Assembly: GCA_000002435.2 (NCBI GenBank)
Contig: CM018790.1
DNA: 64,000 nucleotides
DNA from: Giardia intestinalis
Lineage: Eukaryota
Direction: 5' to 3' (one strand)
The notes under the pieces are model-generated. The model did no database searches. It had not been told where the DNA came from and saw only the letters and a list, made by a program, of their open reading frames with translations. How positions within the stretch are numbered: position 1 is the stretch's first letter; every line of letters begins with the position of its first letter. Positions 54,638 through 64,000 of the stretch are shown piece after piece. The position numbers and the translations under genes were made by a program.

Positions 54638-56215
54638 TCAAGCGCGTTCTATGGTGGCTCCTCTCTCTACCTCATCGAGCACATAGTTGACCGCGAGGCC
54701 TCCCTGAGATGTCTCCTTGTACTTTTCGTTCAGAGACTTTCCGGTGACAACCATCGTGTGGACAACTTCGTCCCAGCTAATAAGCTCATCATTGAACCCG
54801 AGGATTGCCGCTTCAGCACACCCGTCTGCAAAAAGAGATGCATTCCCGTTACGCTCTATGCATGGTATAACGACAAGATCACGTACAGGATCACATGTGA
54901 GACCCAGGTTGTGCTTTAGGGCCATCACAGCTGCGTATTCGATTGACTTCACTAAGATGACGGGGTCTATAGCGCTTGCCGCATCATCTCTTTTGTTCAT
55001 ACAGTTGAGGAGGTACGTGCAGCCCGCAGCCGCCATTGCGGTGGCCACTCCAGTCTCTGCCTGGCAGCCTGCCTCTGCCCCAGAGACAGACCCGTAGCAC
55101 TTTGCAATATTGCCGATGATCCCCGCTACGGCTAGCGCATTGACAAGCTCCTCCTCAGGAAGGTCGTAGTGCTTCCAGTAGTAATAGAACACACCCGGAA
55201 TAATTCCAGATGAGCATGCTGTAGGAGCAGTGACAATCTCTGTCATGGCCGATGCATTCTCCTGAGATACAGCCATTGCATATGAAAGAATGTACTTCTC
55301 TTTTTTAATAGACGCCAAGTGCGGATTCTTCTTGATGGACTCTGAAGAAATCTGGTCGGCTTGTTTTTTATAATAATATGCCTTCCGCGGATATCGTAAA
55401 TCTCCGGAACCCTCGACGGGTTCCGTTTTTGGTAGCCCAACTTCAACAGCGTTCTTCATTACAGTCCAGATGTTCCTTAGATACTCACGAAGCTCATGAC
55501 CCTCCTGGTCCCACACAAAGTCCAAGAGACTACGCTTATTGCTTAGACAGTATTTACGTATTTTACTGAAGCGTGTGAATGACGAATAAAGTGGGGCAGT
55601 AGGTGGTGTGATGTTGGCAACCCCTGGCGTGGCGTTGCACCCATCACTATTTGCAGGCCAGATTGGGGCGGAACCGTCCCCAAGACGAAGAGAGCCTCCT
55701 CCAACACTATAGTATGTCTCTTCATACATCACAATTCCTTTCTCGCGGTCTTCAGCGCTTTTGTACGCTTGGATTGTCAGCGCCTTGGGGTGAAAGGGTA
55801 GCTTCTTATTTGGTAACCAAACAAACTCTGTGCTCTCGGGATCTAAGACCGTGAGCATTGCCTTGTCGGTAAGATAGCCCACGCCTGCCTTAGCCAAAAG
55901 GCTATAGAGTGTGACTTTGAAGAAGACACGCCCACCACCCAGCAAAAGTTCGTTGATCCCATGCGTTAATACAAAGTGCTGCGCAGCCTTGCGAGGGCCC
56001 ATTGTGTGGGATGACGATGGCCCCGTTCCAACCTTATACATCTCTCTGAGAGAGGACATCGTCTTACGATTAGAACTATAAGAAATGGTCATTGGGACAT
56101 ATTCATCGAGAACGACAAGGCCATCATCGATACTGATCGTGGCAGTAGCCGGAGTTACGGATCCAGAGGTTACATCACCAAGGGTCAGACTGCTAGTGAA
56201 CTCATCTTCTGGCAT
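54638..56215 (-). CDS. sdaA: L-serine dehydratase, iron-sulfur-dependent, single-chain (beta plus alpha domains)
   Basis: EMYKVGTGPSSSHTMGP matches the bacterial SdaA N-terminal motif (FKVGIGPSSSHTVGPM). GLTCDPVRDLVVIPCIERNGNASLFA matches the alpha-domain motif ([20 protein letters not shown]). Confidence 0.8.
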   Translation of the reverse strand: MPEDEFTSSLTLGDVTSGSVTPATATISIDDGLVVLDEYVPMTISYSSNRKTMSSLREMYKVGTGPSSSHTMGPRKAAQHFVLTHGINELLLGGGRVFFKVTLYSLLAKAGVGYLTDKAMLTVLDPESTEFVWLPNKKLPFHPKALTIQAYKSAEDREKGIVMYEETYYSVGGGSLRLGDGSAPIWPANSDGCNATPGVANITPPTAPLYSSFTRFSKIRKYCLSNKRSLLDFVWDQEGHELREYLRNIWTVMKNAVEVGLPKTEPVEGSGDLRYPRKAYYYKKQADQISSESIKKNPHLASIKKEKYILSYAMAVSQENASAMTEIVTAPTACSSGIIPGVFYYYWKHYDLPEEELVNALAVAGIIGNIAKCYGSVSGAEAGCQAETGVATAMAAAGCTYLLNCMNKRDDAASAIDPVILVKSIEYAAVMALKHNLGLTCDPVRDLVVIPCIERNGNASLFADGCAEAAILGFNDELISWDEVVHTMVVTGKSLNEKYKETSQGGLAVNYVLDEVERGATIERA

Positions 56216-56334
56216 GCGTCAATATAGAGTTTTTAATTGCACAACTACCATTGAAATAGCTTGACCAACAATGTCTCACAGGAGCAGTCCTTACATGAAT
56301 TGTGAGGTAGGGTACGTTTATCCTCAGACTCTGC

Positions 56335-59300
56335 TCAAGCACGACGCTTGTTCAATCCCTTCACGTCAAGCCTACGAGAGTATGCCTGCCAGGATGCCGT
56401 ACTATCCTTTGCTAGAAACTTCTTCTCAGCATCATCGTACCCGAGAACTTCCACGTCTTCTAATTTCATTATACACAACAGGAGGTCTCTGAGGTGTGAG
56501 CAACTATTAGCAATCATATGAGTCGGAAGCATGGATGACGGTCCGTTGAAGCAGTGTGAATCATCTGCTTTTACAGAAAGCTCATACCTTTTCAAGCAGA
56601 TAGGGCAAGTAGTTGGATTGACTGAGTGACAACTATCGCATACGCTGTCACCACAAGGAAAAAGTATGTATCTGATACCATTTCCTGCGGCTCCCTGACA
56701 CGTAACTGCGGTACACTGCTCGTATCCCATGGCCACCCAATTTCCGAGGCATCTTGATAACACGCAATAGATGTCCTTGAGCTTCTCGATAATTGTCTGG
56801 CCAATCTGTGGAATACGCTCATGGATTCCTGCTCGTGCTAAGGATAGTTGGACCTTCTTCTCTACATTCTTTGCCCCGGATTTGTGAGCAGCGAGAGTTG
56901 CCTTTATAGACGCTTGTAAGTACGATATCCGTTCCATTATTTCGTTCTTATTTTCGGTTATAGTGAGCCGCACATTCTCGTATTCTGCTCTACGTTGATT
57001 GGTAGCTGTCTTAACCCGATTTTGGAGGTCTCTTTCAACCGACCCCAACTTCTTGGCCAGCTCTTCCTGGAGTGTTCCTATAAACTTCGCATACATAGCT
57101 GAGATATCGCTTGTGATGTAGCGTTGTATTTCATTTAGAAGAGCCTTGTTGATGGAGCTTGTTGGACCAGTGTCATGGAGCACCTGAGCGAGCCTTAAGG
57201 GACTGTTACTGTCTTCAGTGTGTTGTTCTGTGTTGCTAATTTCTGTAAGCTCTCCTGTACCTGTATTTATGTGCCGAATCGTGTTCACAACGGCTTCGCT
57301 TGTTCGTCGAGTTGCCTCTGCTGTCTTCGCCTTTAGTGTAGAGAGAAAGCCGAACTTCAATGGGGACTCCGGTGAATTCAGATTTAGCTCTAGGGTAACT
57401 CTACGCGGAGATGAGATAGGGGCTCGAAGAAGATCCGTTGGAGGACCTGTTTGCTTTTCAGTATAGTCTTGAACAGGACGATAGGTCCGATATCGTCTTG
57501 GCTGCATGATGCCAATGGCTGTGCTATGCTTGGCTTTATTTCTCTCCAAGTAACCAACTGTACTTTCCAAGTTAACAATCTGCGGCTTGACTCCATGGCC
57601 AGGTGTCTTCAAAGTGCTAATGGGGACATACTGAACAGATCTACTTGTATGAATTCCAGCTATATCTGGAGAAGATAGGTCTCTGGTATCTTGTTGCATG
57701 TGTGAATTTGTTGGTACAGCAGTCCCTTTGGGAGAACCAGCTCCTCGAAGCCTGTCTAGGTGCGAGTAATAATTCAGAAACATAGCTTCCTCTTCATGAC
57801 CCGGCTGATGTAGTAAGTTGTGGTTGACAGGTCTACAAGTTGTGTTGTGTGCTATTACAGTATCATCTAATTGATGGTCAACCAGGCTTTTATTCGATAG
57901 ATTCTCTAGCTCCTTCATAACGATAAGGGCGACTGCCGGGCTGTCATAGTCGCAGCTCTCCTTAGACATATGCTCGTGTTCATTAGCTGAATGCAAGGCC
58001 ATGCTAGTGGACGTGCTGAGAGTGAATTCACGGAAGGCCTGGGTATCGGCACAGTCATCAACTTGAGAGTTTGACATTTGCCTGTCTGTATTGAGGGGAG
58101 CGATGCCTATCTCAGATTCTTCTATGTGACAATCTCCCAAGTGCAGGGTTGTTGAAATACGAGAGGAAGAGTGCCCCCGAACCCAAGGATGAATAGTCTT
58201 AATACCTAGGGAATCGTGCAGAGAAGACGACATATCTGGCTGGGTATGCGATGTTTTCATGGCACTAAGCTTAGACTGGATTGCTCTTTGTGTCCTCACG
58301 ATGAGAGAAAGGGCGGAGCCAGGGCTAGCATTCGTGTCATTATGGTTCAGGTGTGTTAGCATAATGTTTCTCTCTACAGAATAATCTCCACTACCAGATG
58401 TAATCCGTACGGAAGGGGTTGACGGCTTGGAGCTCTGAGGAAGGCTGTCAATACCACTAGAAAGACACTGACAGAGAACAACGGGGTTATCCCTGTACTT
58501 GCTCTTGACAAACTCATTATAAATTTGCTGCTTAGACTCTAACTCTGCAAGCATTTCATTTAGAGTATTGACTTCTAGTGGTGAGCGGGGATACACACTT
58601 TCCGTACCCTTTATGTAAGAGGTAATCTCGTGCCGCAGTGTGTTAAACCTTTCTGCAATCTGAATTTCTATTTCCGCGGCTTTGCTCGGTTCTGGATGGA
58701 GGCTTTGGACTGTTTGAGAGTCTGTAAAAGATTTAGAGCTTTTACCTGGCCAACGTGGATCTACCTCATGGCCACCCTGTGATGCCACAATAGACGTAGT
58801 ATCCAGAGCCGTATTCGAAGTATTGGAGCACACTGCTTGAAACTCGTGGTTTGTTAATGCTGATGATGTTGTCTGCGGTATCGCGGCACTCTGCACTGAT
58901 GTCCGGGGCTTTGCAGATAACCTCTTCCATGACACAAACCGATTCTGCGGCCCCTCAACTAAAGAATAATCATCAGTGCTACAGATTGCTGCTGAATGCG
59001 GTCTGTCAGATCTTGGAAGGGTAAGGTGAAATTGTGGAGATTGAGGGGCCTTGAAGTTCTTTGGGAGATAAGATGGTGCAAAGTAGTTTGTGTCTGCCGA
59101 GAGGGGACAAGGGTTAGTGCCTTTGAATTGGTTACGCAAAATGGGGTAGTTGTCTAAAACATAAAGGGCCTCACGATTGAGATTTGTGGGTGAACTGGAA
59201 AATTTCTTAGCACCATTACGTGCGATTGCCACAGACATCTCCTGCCTGCGTTTTGCTGCTCGTTTGGAGTCACCAGAAAAGACTAAGGATGGATCATTGT

Positions 59301-59352
59301 ATAGCTTGGCTGCTAATTGCCGCCGATCCATGCGCAAAAAAGGGTTAAACAT
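56335..59352 (-). CDS. Hypothetical protein with C-terminal RING/zinc-finger-like Cys cluster (about 1005 aa)
   Basis: C-terminal region has ...CTAVTCQGAAGNGIRYILFPCGDSVCDSCHSVNPTTCPICLKRY..., a C3HC4-like arrangement. The rest is low-complexity or coiled-coil. ATG at 59350..59352; the track's 59355 is GTG. Confidence 0.45.
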   Translation of the reverse strand: MFNPFLRMDRRQLAAKLYNDPSLVFSGDSKRAAKRRQEMSVAIARNGAKKFSSSPTNLNREALYVLDNYPILRNQFKGTNPCPLSADTNYFAPSYLPKNFKAPQSPQFHLTLPRSDRPHSAAICSTDDYSLVEGPQNRFVSWKRLSAKPRTSVQSAAIPQTTSSALTNHEFQAVCSNTSNTALDTTSIVASQGGHEVDPRWPGKSSKSFTDSQTVQSLHPEPSKAAEIEIQIAERFNTLRHEITSYIKGTESVYPRSPLEVNTLNEMLAELESKQQIYNEFVKSKYRDNPVVLCQCLSSGIDSLPQSSKPSTPSVRITSGSGDYSVERNIMLTHLNHNDTNASPGSALSLIVRTQRAIQSKLSAMKTSHTQPDMSSSLHDSLGIKTIHPWVRGHSSSRISTTLHLGDCHIEESEIGIAPLNTDRQMSNSQVDDCADTQAFREFTLSTSTSMALHSANEHEHMSKESCDYDSPAVALIVMKELENLSNKSLVDHQLDDTVIAHNTTCRPVNHNLLHQPGHEEEAMFLNYYSHLDRLRGAGSPKGTAVPTNSHMQQDTRDLSSPDIAGIHTSRSVQYVPISTLKTPGHGVKPQIVNLESTVGYLERNKAKHSTAIGIMQPRRYRTYRPVQDYTEKQTGPPTDLLRAPISSPRRVTLELNLNSPESPLKFGFLSTLKAKTAEATRRTSEAVVNTIRHINTGTGELTEISNTEQHTEDSNSPLRLAQVLHDTGPTSSINKALLNEIQRYITSDISAMYAKFIGTLQEELAKKLGSVERDLQNRVKTATNQRRAEYENVRLTITENKNEIMERISYLQASIKATLAAHKSGAKNVEKKVQLSLARAGIHERIPQIGQTIIEKLKDIYCVLSRCLGNWVAMGYEQCTAVTCQGAAGNGIRYILFPCGDSVCDSCHSVNPTTCPICLKRYELSVKADDSHCFNGPSSMLPTHMIANSCSHLRDLLLCIMKLEDVEVLGYDDAEKKFLAKDSTASWQAYSRRLDVKGLNKRRA

Positions 59353-59436
59353 CACCCAGGTAGAGGGCTTGCAACGTCCTTTTACTCAAAACGCAAAACA
59401 CAAAAACAGCTAAATTTTTACGCCGAGCAACTCTTT

Positions 59437-60267
59437 ATGCTTCTGGTCAATCCATTCACACAAGACCCAGTGACTCATCCCTCAATCACATGGGCTCCAA
59501 TATTCGAAGCATCAACGCAAGTGTTCAGGATTAGGCCACATTTGACAGATGCCAATTCTGTTTTGGTCATTGGTCTCAATGGTCATATAAATGCCCACAA
59601 TTTGGAGTCCGGTGCCTATCAGCCGTATGTGGCAACAGGAGGACAGCCCACTGACATAATAGCTACAGGTGCAGAGTCCAACATTTTAATCACCGATATA
59701 GCATGGAATAACGTTCTCTCCCTGCGCAACGGTCAGGTCTCTGGCATACTCGGGAACGAGAGTGGCATCCTCAGTCCTGTATCTCTCTGCTATCTAGGCG
59801 GGACTGTGTACATTGCCGATCAGACAGGCCTCTTCTCCTTCAGTACAGAGGGGATTGTACAAAGACATGTAGATCAATTGGGAATAGTAGCTCTTGCAGT
59901 GGTGCACGACTGTATCATCTTAGCAATAAACGGAGAGAACTGTCTTAAGGCACTACGTCCTGGGTTCCATCCAACCATCTATGCCTCTGGCTTCTTTGGC
60001 GCGTTTCGGTTAATAGATATGTGTGTTGGGCCCGATAACTCTGTGCTCGTCGTTACGGAATCCATCGCAACGCGGGTGAGCGAGGCAGAGGCAGACGCGA
60101 TGCCTCAGAATGGGTTTCTCTTTGTTGTCAGCTGTTACGGCGTCCCTAGCGCGTGTATTCCGCTTCCTGGCACCCCGACCAGTGTATGCTTTATCAATGG
60201 CCGTATCCTTCTTAGTGTACAAGAGTCTAAGGATGTATATGCCGTGCCCATTAGCGCCTTTCTATAA
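59437..60267 (+). CDS. Hypothetical protein, possible NHL/beta-propeller-like repeats (276 aa)
   Basis: Track ORF 59317 starts at TTG and overlaps the 5' end of the RING gene on the other strand. The first ATG is at 59437. It has repetitive G-rich beta-strand-like segments (GTVYIADQTGLF, LVIGLNGHINAHN). Confidence 0.35.
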   Translation: MLLVNPFTQDPVTHPSITWAPIFEASTQVFRIRPHLTDANSVLVIGLNGHINAHNLESGAYQPYVATGGQPTDIIATGAESNILITDIAWNNVLSLRNGQVSGILGNESGILSPVSLCYLGGTVYIADQTGLFSFSTEGIVQRHVDQLGIVALAVVHDCIILAINGENCLKALRPGFHPTIYASGFFGAFRLIDMCVGPDNSVLVVTESIATRVSEAEADAMPQNGFLFVVSCYGVPSACIPLPGTPTSVCFINGRILLSVQESKDVYAVPISAFL

Positions 60268-60399
60268 CCCTCTATAACTCTGTAAACTGGAGCAGTATGT
60301 GCTGGTTCAGTTGCCTGATCAGCTTTTCCAATTTATCTTTGCACGGGAAACGCTCAGCAAGGCTGTGCTGGGTAACAGGCGAAGGGGACAAAAATTAAA

Positions 60400-61023
60400 A
60401 TGAACCAGAAGATTAGCAATATGGTCCACTTTATCGATGCTGAGACGGATAGAACAATCGCCCAACTCCGTAAGGTGGCGGAGCAGACTGCCACTGTGTC
60501 GTATGACCAAATACTCAACACGGATACGTCTAAGGTTGTGGCAAAAGTCCAGGAGATGCGTCTCGCAGAGGAGCACAAGAGGCAAGTGGAAATCTCCCGC
60601 TTAATTAGCAAGGCTCGCCTGAGTGTCCAAGACGCACAGTACAAAAAGTACAAGGACCTCAGGGCCACGTGTGTAAAAAAGCTTGAGGAGTTTACTAAGA
60701 ACACAGCCGAATACACGAGGACCATGCGAACCATCCTGAGTGAAGCAGTGGAATGTTGCAATCTGACTCACGCATCGATACAGCTGCTGCCGCGTGACTC
60801 TGGAGCGCTCATTGCAATCTCTGACCAAATACCCTGCAAGATTGTTCTCGACAAGCAGGTTCTTCCAGACACTGCCATTGGGGGCTTCATACTGCGTTCT
60901 GAGGATGGAAGGGTTTGCATAGACTGCACCCTGTCAGAAAGACTCGAACAGGGGCTCAAGTGCATGGAGCCCACGATATTCAAGGCACTGTTCCCCGCAT
61001 CCGTAGGTCTCTGGGAAGACTGA
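60400..61023 (+). CDS. V-type H+-ATPase subunit E
   Basis: aaaaattaaaATG initiator. MVHFIDAETDRTIAQLRKVAEQ, LISKARLSVQDAQ and the C-terminal CTLSERLEQGLKCMEPTIFKALFPAS parallel V-ATPase E ([63 protein letters not shown]). Confidence 0.65.
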   Translation: MNQKISNMVHFIDAETDRTIAQLRKVAEQTATVSYDQILNTDTSKVVAKVQEMRLAEEHKRQVEISRLISKARLSVQDAQYKKYKDLRATCVKKLEEFTKNTAEYTRTMRTILSEAVECCNLTHASIQLLPRDSGALIAISDQIPCKIVLDKQVLPDTAIGGFILRSEDGRVCIDCTLSERLEQGLKCMEPTIFKALFPASVGLWED

Positions 61024-61494
61024 CCGCATATCACTTGGTCTCTCAATGGATTCTTCAGTAAATGGCTCTATCTGGTCCACTTGACGGACGGACCTTTCAA
61101 TTGTCTCTGCTTCAGGGGCGATCCCCAGACGCCGCAAGAACTCGTCACACTGTATCTCGAACTTCTTGGTTGGGGTTGGCGCTCCGAGAAGCGCCTTGTA
61201 TGTATTTGTAACATGTACGCTATGCATGGAAATACTCAGTAGCTTGGCAAATTGTTGCTCAAGGGGGAGATCATCATCTATATTATCAAAGAGAGAGCCC
61301 TCATATGCAGCAGGGCCAGCAGAAAGAGATGGAGGATTATTCTGCGCCTCCTCAAATCTGTGACAGTTTGGTGTGGAGGCCGTGGTGCCGGCCTGTTTGG
61401 CCTTCATTTGCAGCCGCTGGCACTGTATAGCAAGTGCTGACCTGCAAAGGGTGCTTCCCACCGGATAGAACGCATCCGCTCTAACAACGTTCAT
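60934..61494 (-). CDS. Hypothetical protein (186 aa); its 3' end overlaps the V-ATPase E 3' end by 90 bp
   Basis: ATG 61492..61494 lies only 18 bp from the divergent PCH2 ATG. No domain recognised. Confidence 0.3.
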   Translation of the reverse strand: MNVVRADAFYPVGSTLCRSALAIQCQRLQMKAKQAGTTASTPNCHRFEEAQNNPPSLSAGPAAYEGSLFDNIDDDLPLEQQFAKLLSISMHSVHVTNTYKALLGAPTPTKKFEIQCDEFLRRLGIAPEAETIERSVRQVDQIEPFTEESIERPSDMRSVFPETYGCGEQCLEYRGLHALEPLFESF

Positions 61495-61512
61495 GCAGAT
61501 TCCAGATTTTTA

Positions 61513-62802
61513 ATGGACATCAAGATAAGCGTCTCTGCCGACTTCGAGGCCAGCCCCGAGAACATACTGGCCTTCCAAACAATGGTGGCCCAGATGGTGC
61601 AGGAGACTCCTGAAATTCAGAAGAGGATTAGCTGCTTTGGCACAGGATTTTCGTGTCACAGCCCGCTTGGGTACCTGACGATTAGAAATCGTGCTGAAGC
61701 ACACGGGCCAGTAGAGGATTTTGGTAGTGCAAACTCTGCCGGTAAGATGGAGTTCAAGGGCATCTCTTCCGAAGATATCAAGGTATATCTTCCCTCCACG
61801 GAGGAGCCCGAGGAGGTAGTACACTCTAACACTGTCCTCTATTCAACCCTTCATTTGCCGCATGTTCTTCTGCAGACAACGTGGGATAATATCATACTCC
61901 CAGACACCGTAAAGACGCAGCTCAGGCAATTAGTCAGGGCCTCCAAGCGGCTGTCGTCCCATAAGGTGGATCCGAACATTGTCTCTATGCACAAAATGCT
62001 TCTCTTGCATTCTGTCCCGGGATGTGGCAAGACGTCTATCGCAACTGCTCTCGCACAGGAGCTTTCTGTGGACCTGGCGCCTCCCGGTGCTATCATTACC
62101 AATACTTCGCTACTTATTACAGTCAATGCACACGCCCTCTTCAGCAAGTGGTTCTCTGAGTCTGGCAAGATTATCACGAGGCTATTTACCAGCATAGCGG
62201 AGGAAGCCAATGACAACAAGGAAATATATCTGTTAATTGATGAAATAGAATCTCTTGCTGGGAATCGGGAGCGAGCCATATCTGCTGGAGAGCCATCAGA
62301 CATGGTTCGAGCAGCGAATGCCATGCTCACGCAGCTTGACCAGTTGAAACGATTCAGTAATGTTTATGTCCTCTGCACAACTAACTTGATCGACACACTC
62401 GATCCAGCTTTTGTAGATCGCTGTGACGCTGTTATCAATTTGACGCTTCCTGGCGACACTGCTCGTCAGTTGATCTTGGAAGGCGTCATTAGCGAGCTTC
62501 TGGACAAGCAAGTCCTTACTAGCCTACTTCATGTCGATGCTGCTGCACATCCTTTTACCGTTACCAGCAATGCCTGCTCTCTCGGCACGGACGGTAAACC
62601 TTGTCAACGGTGTCACCAGTGCTTAGAACACATAACCCTACAGACTCTGTTCAAGACTATTATTACGAGTAGCTTCGGGTTATCTGGAAGGCAACTACGA
62701 AAGCTCCCTTACACTGCCCTCTCTCTCTGCAGTGATGATGACTTTTCACTTGTTGCCTTCTTGAGGTCATTTATTTCACTTCTTAAGGACAGACAGAAGT
62801 AA
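61513..62802 (+). CDS. PCH2: PCH2/TRIP13 AAA+ ATPase (pachytene checkpoint protein 2 homolog)
   Basis: Walker A [43 protein letters not shown] is nearly identical to TRIP13 [22 protein letters not shown]; Walker B [39 protein letters not shown] (TRIP13 GTEPSDAIRVVNAVLTQIDQIKRHSNV); PAFVDRCD (TRIP13 VAFVDRAD). Confidence 0.8.
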   Translation: [429 protein letters not shown]

Positions 62803-62918
62803 GACATTGACCTTCACTTAAGTTACTAAGTCTCAACTCACTTGAATCTTTAATAAAAAGGTAAATAGTTTCTTAGTTCCACTTTCCACCTATCAATTCC
62901 CTGCGGCGTTGGCGCACA

Positions 62919-64000
62919 ATGGATACTGAGCAAGATCAATCAAAGTTAGTATGTACTACCCACGAAAATGCGGCGGTACCAAGTGGACCCGAGGGCCCCA
63001 AGCAGGCGGAGAAAGTTGCTTCTGACGCAAAGGGACTTTATGATGCCACAGTGACCCTATCTAACACAATGATAGGAGTGTCTATCCTCACGTTCCCATA
63101 CACGGTTTATAGGTTGGGGTGGGTTATCTCTGCAGTTTTGCTAGCAGGTGCCTTCCTATATTCCGTACTGGGGTTTAACGCCATAATTGACGCAGCCTAC
63201 TTCACGCAAGAGCGCTCTCTAAAAGCAATAGTGCAAATAGTGACTAACAAGCATACGGCGATAACCACAGATGTCGTTATGATCATTCACATGATTGGTG
63301 TGTTGGTAGTGTATACGAGTATATGCGGTGATTATTTCCATTCCTCGATCGTCGGGTTTAGCTATGGAAAGTTTCAGCTAGACGCCCGCTATGTCAAGGT
63401 CATCGTTGCCATACTCCTCGTACCCTTTATGTTTCTTAGAGACGCGTCGAAGCTCTCGCGCATCGGGATATTTTCAACTCTATTCATTATGATCACTGTT
63501 GCTAGCACAGCAGTGTACTTTATTGTCTTTATGATCCGCGGCACGGTGACCTATGCGGGCACGGTTGAAGGGGCAATTGTGGAGCTAAAAGATCCTCATG
63601 GCCACATGACCACCTCATCCAAAGCAACGATATCATCTCTGATCTCGCCTCTGGGCACCATAATAGAGTGCCCCACGGAGGGATGCAAGATGAAGTTTCC
63701 CAATCCCTTACTGATTGCCTTTCCAGCACACACAATACCTTGGCAGGCCTTCCTCGAAATAGTGAGGAGAGTGAGCATCTTCCTAGCTCTCTTTGGCTGC
63801 CAGATTAGTATTGCTCCCCTGTTGGCAGAGCTGAAGGGGAGTCCAGTCAAGAGACGAAGAATCTTTAGGAAGTCTCTATTCATATCTGCTCTTATGGTGC
63901 TTATCCTTCAAGTGATCATGGCTGTTGCTGCAGCGTTTTCTTTTGGGGACAAGTTGCAGTCTAATGTTCTTTTGTCGTTTCCGTCGGTAGAGATTTATAT
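62919..64000 (+). CDS. Amino acid transporter (AAAP/Aa_trans family), 5' partial, runs off the window
   Basis: ATG 62919, then LSNTMIGVSILTFPY (the Aa_trans N..iG.GiL.lP motif) and multiple TM helices. No stop before the window end, and the ORF is not in the track. Confidence 0.6.
   Translation, partial: MDTEQDQSKLVCTTHENAAVPSGPEGPKQAEKVASDAKGLYDATVTLSNTMIGVSILTFPYTVYRLGWVISAVLLAGAFLYSVLGFNAIIDAAYFTQERSLKAIVQIVTNKHTAITTDVVMIIHMIGVLVVYTSICGDYFHSSIVGFSYGKFQLDARYVKVIVAILLVPFMFLRDASKLSRIGIFSTLFIMITVASTAVYFIVFMIRGTVTYAGTVEGAIVELKDPHGHMTTSSKATISSLISPLGTIIECPTEGCKMKFPNPLLIAFPAHTIPWQAFLEIVRRVSIFLALFGCQISIAPLLAELKGSPVKRRRIFRKSLFISALMVLILQVIMAVAAAFSFGDKLQSNVLLSFPSVEIY

Noticed and set aside
1-64000. 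Prokaryotic interpretation (operons, CRISPR, defence systems)
   Set aside because: Gene content is unmistakably eukaryotic: gamma-tubulin, V-ATPase E, CPSF160-like, TRIP13, a VSP with CRGKA. There are no Shine-Dalgarno-type contexts. No CRISPR-like direct-repeat and spacer array is present.

Overview
This window is eukaryotic and intron-poor. It is almost certainly from Giardia duodenalis (lamblia). The strongest evidence is a cysteine-rich surface-protein ORF with CXXC and GGCY motifs, a C-terminal transmembrane segment and the diagnostic C-terminal CRGKA pentapeptide of Giardia variant-specific surface proteins (VSPs). Supporting features are a NEK-like pseudokinase with ankyrin repeats, very short A/T-rich regions immediately upstream of start codons, AGTRAAY-type polyadenylation signals at or just after stop codons, and tightly packed, sometimes overlapping genes.

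The flanks (1..9070 and 35633..64000) are a dense, ordinary-looking gene neighbourhood. Their genes include:
- a long coiled-coil protein and gamma-tubulin;
- an M14 cytosolic carboxypeptidase (tubulin deglutamylase-like);
- two NBP35/Mrp Fe-S assembly ATPase paralogs;
- a CPSF160/DDB1-family beta-propeller protein;
- an Fe-S L-serine dehydratase;
- V-ATPase subunit E;
- a PCH2/TRIP13 AAA+ ATPase;
- an amino-acid transporter (partial at the window end).

The centre is a ~26.5 kb near-perfect palindrome (9071..35632). It has two ~12.3 kb inverted arms that are at least 99.97% identical over the positions I could compare (I saw three transition differences), separated by a ~2 kb spacer whose margins are degenerate palindrome. 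Each arm is visibly GC-rich and gene-poor. Each carries a tRNA-Ala(AGC), a Myb/SANT-like ORF, a Tyr-type cytosolic glutathione S-transferase-like ORF and a complete VSP gene. The two VSP copies are convergent across the spacer, and each arm also holds a ~1.66 kb element bounded by ~80 bp terminal inverted repeats. The outer end of the left arm lies inside the 3' end of a flanking gene; the outer end of the right arm lies 45 bp upstream of the next gene's start.

This palindromic VSP-GST-Myb-tRNA cassette is the most unusual structure in the window. The ORF track uses TTG/GTG/CTG alternative starts, so I re-set several CDS starts to the first plausible ATG with an A/T-rich upstream context.
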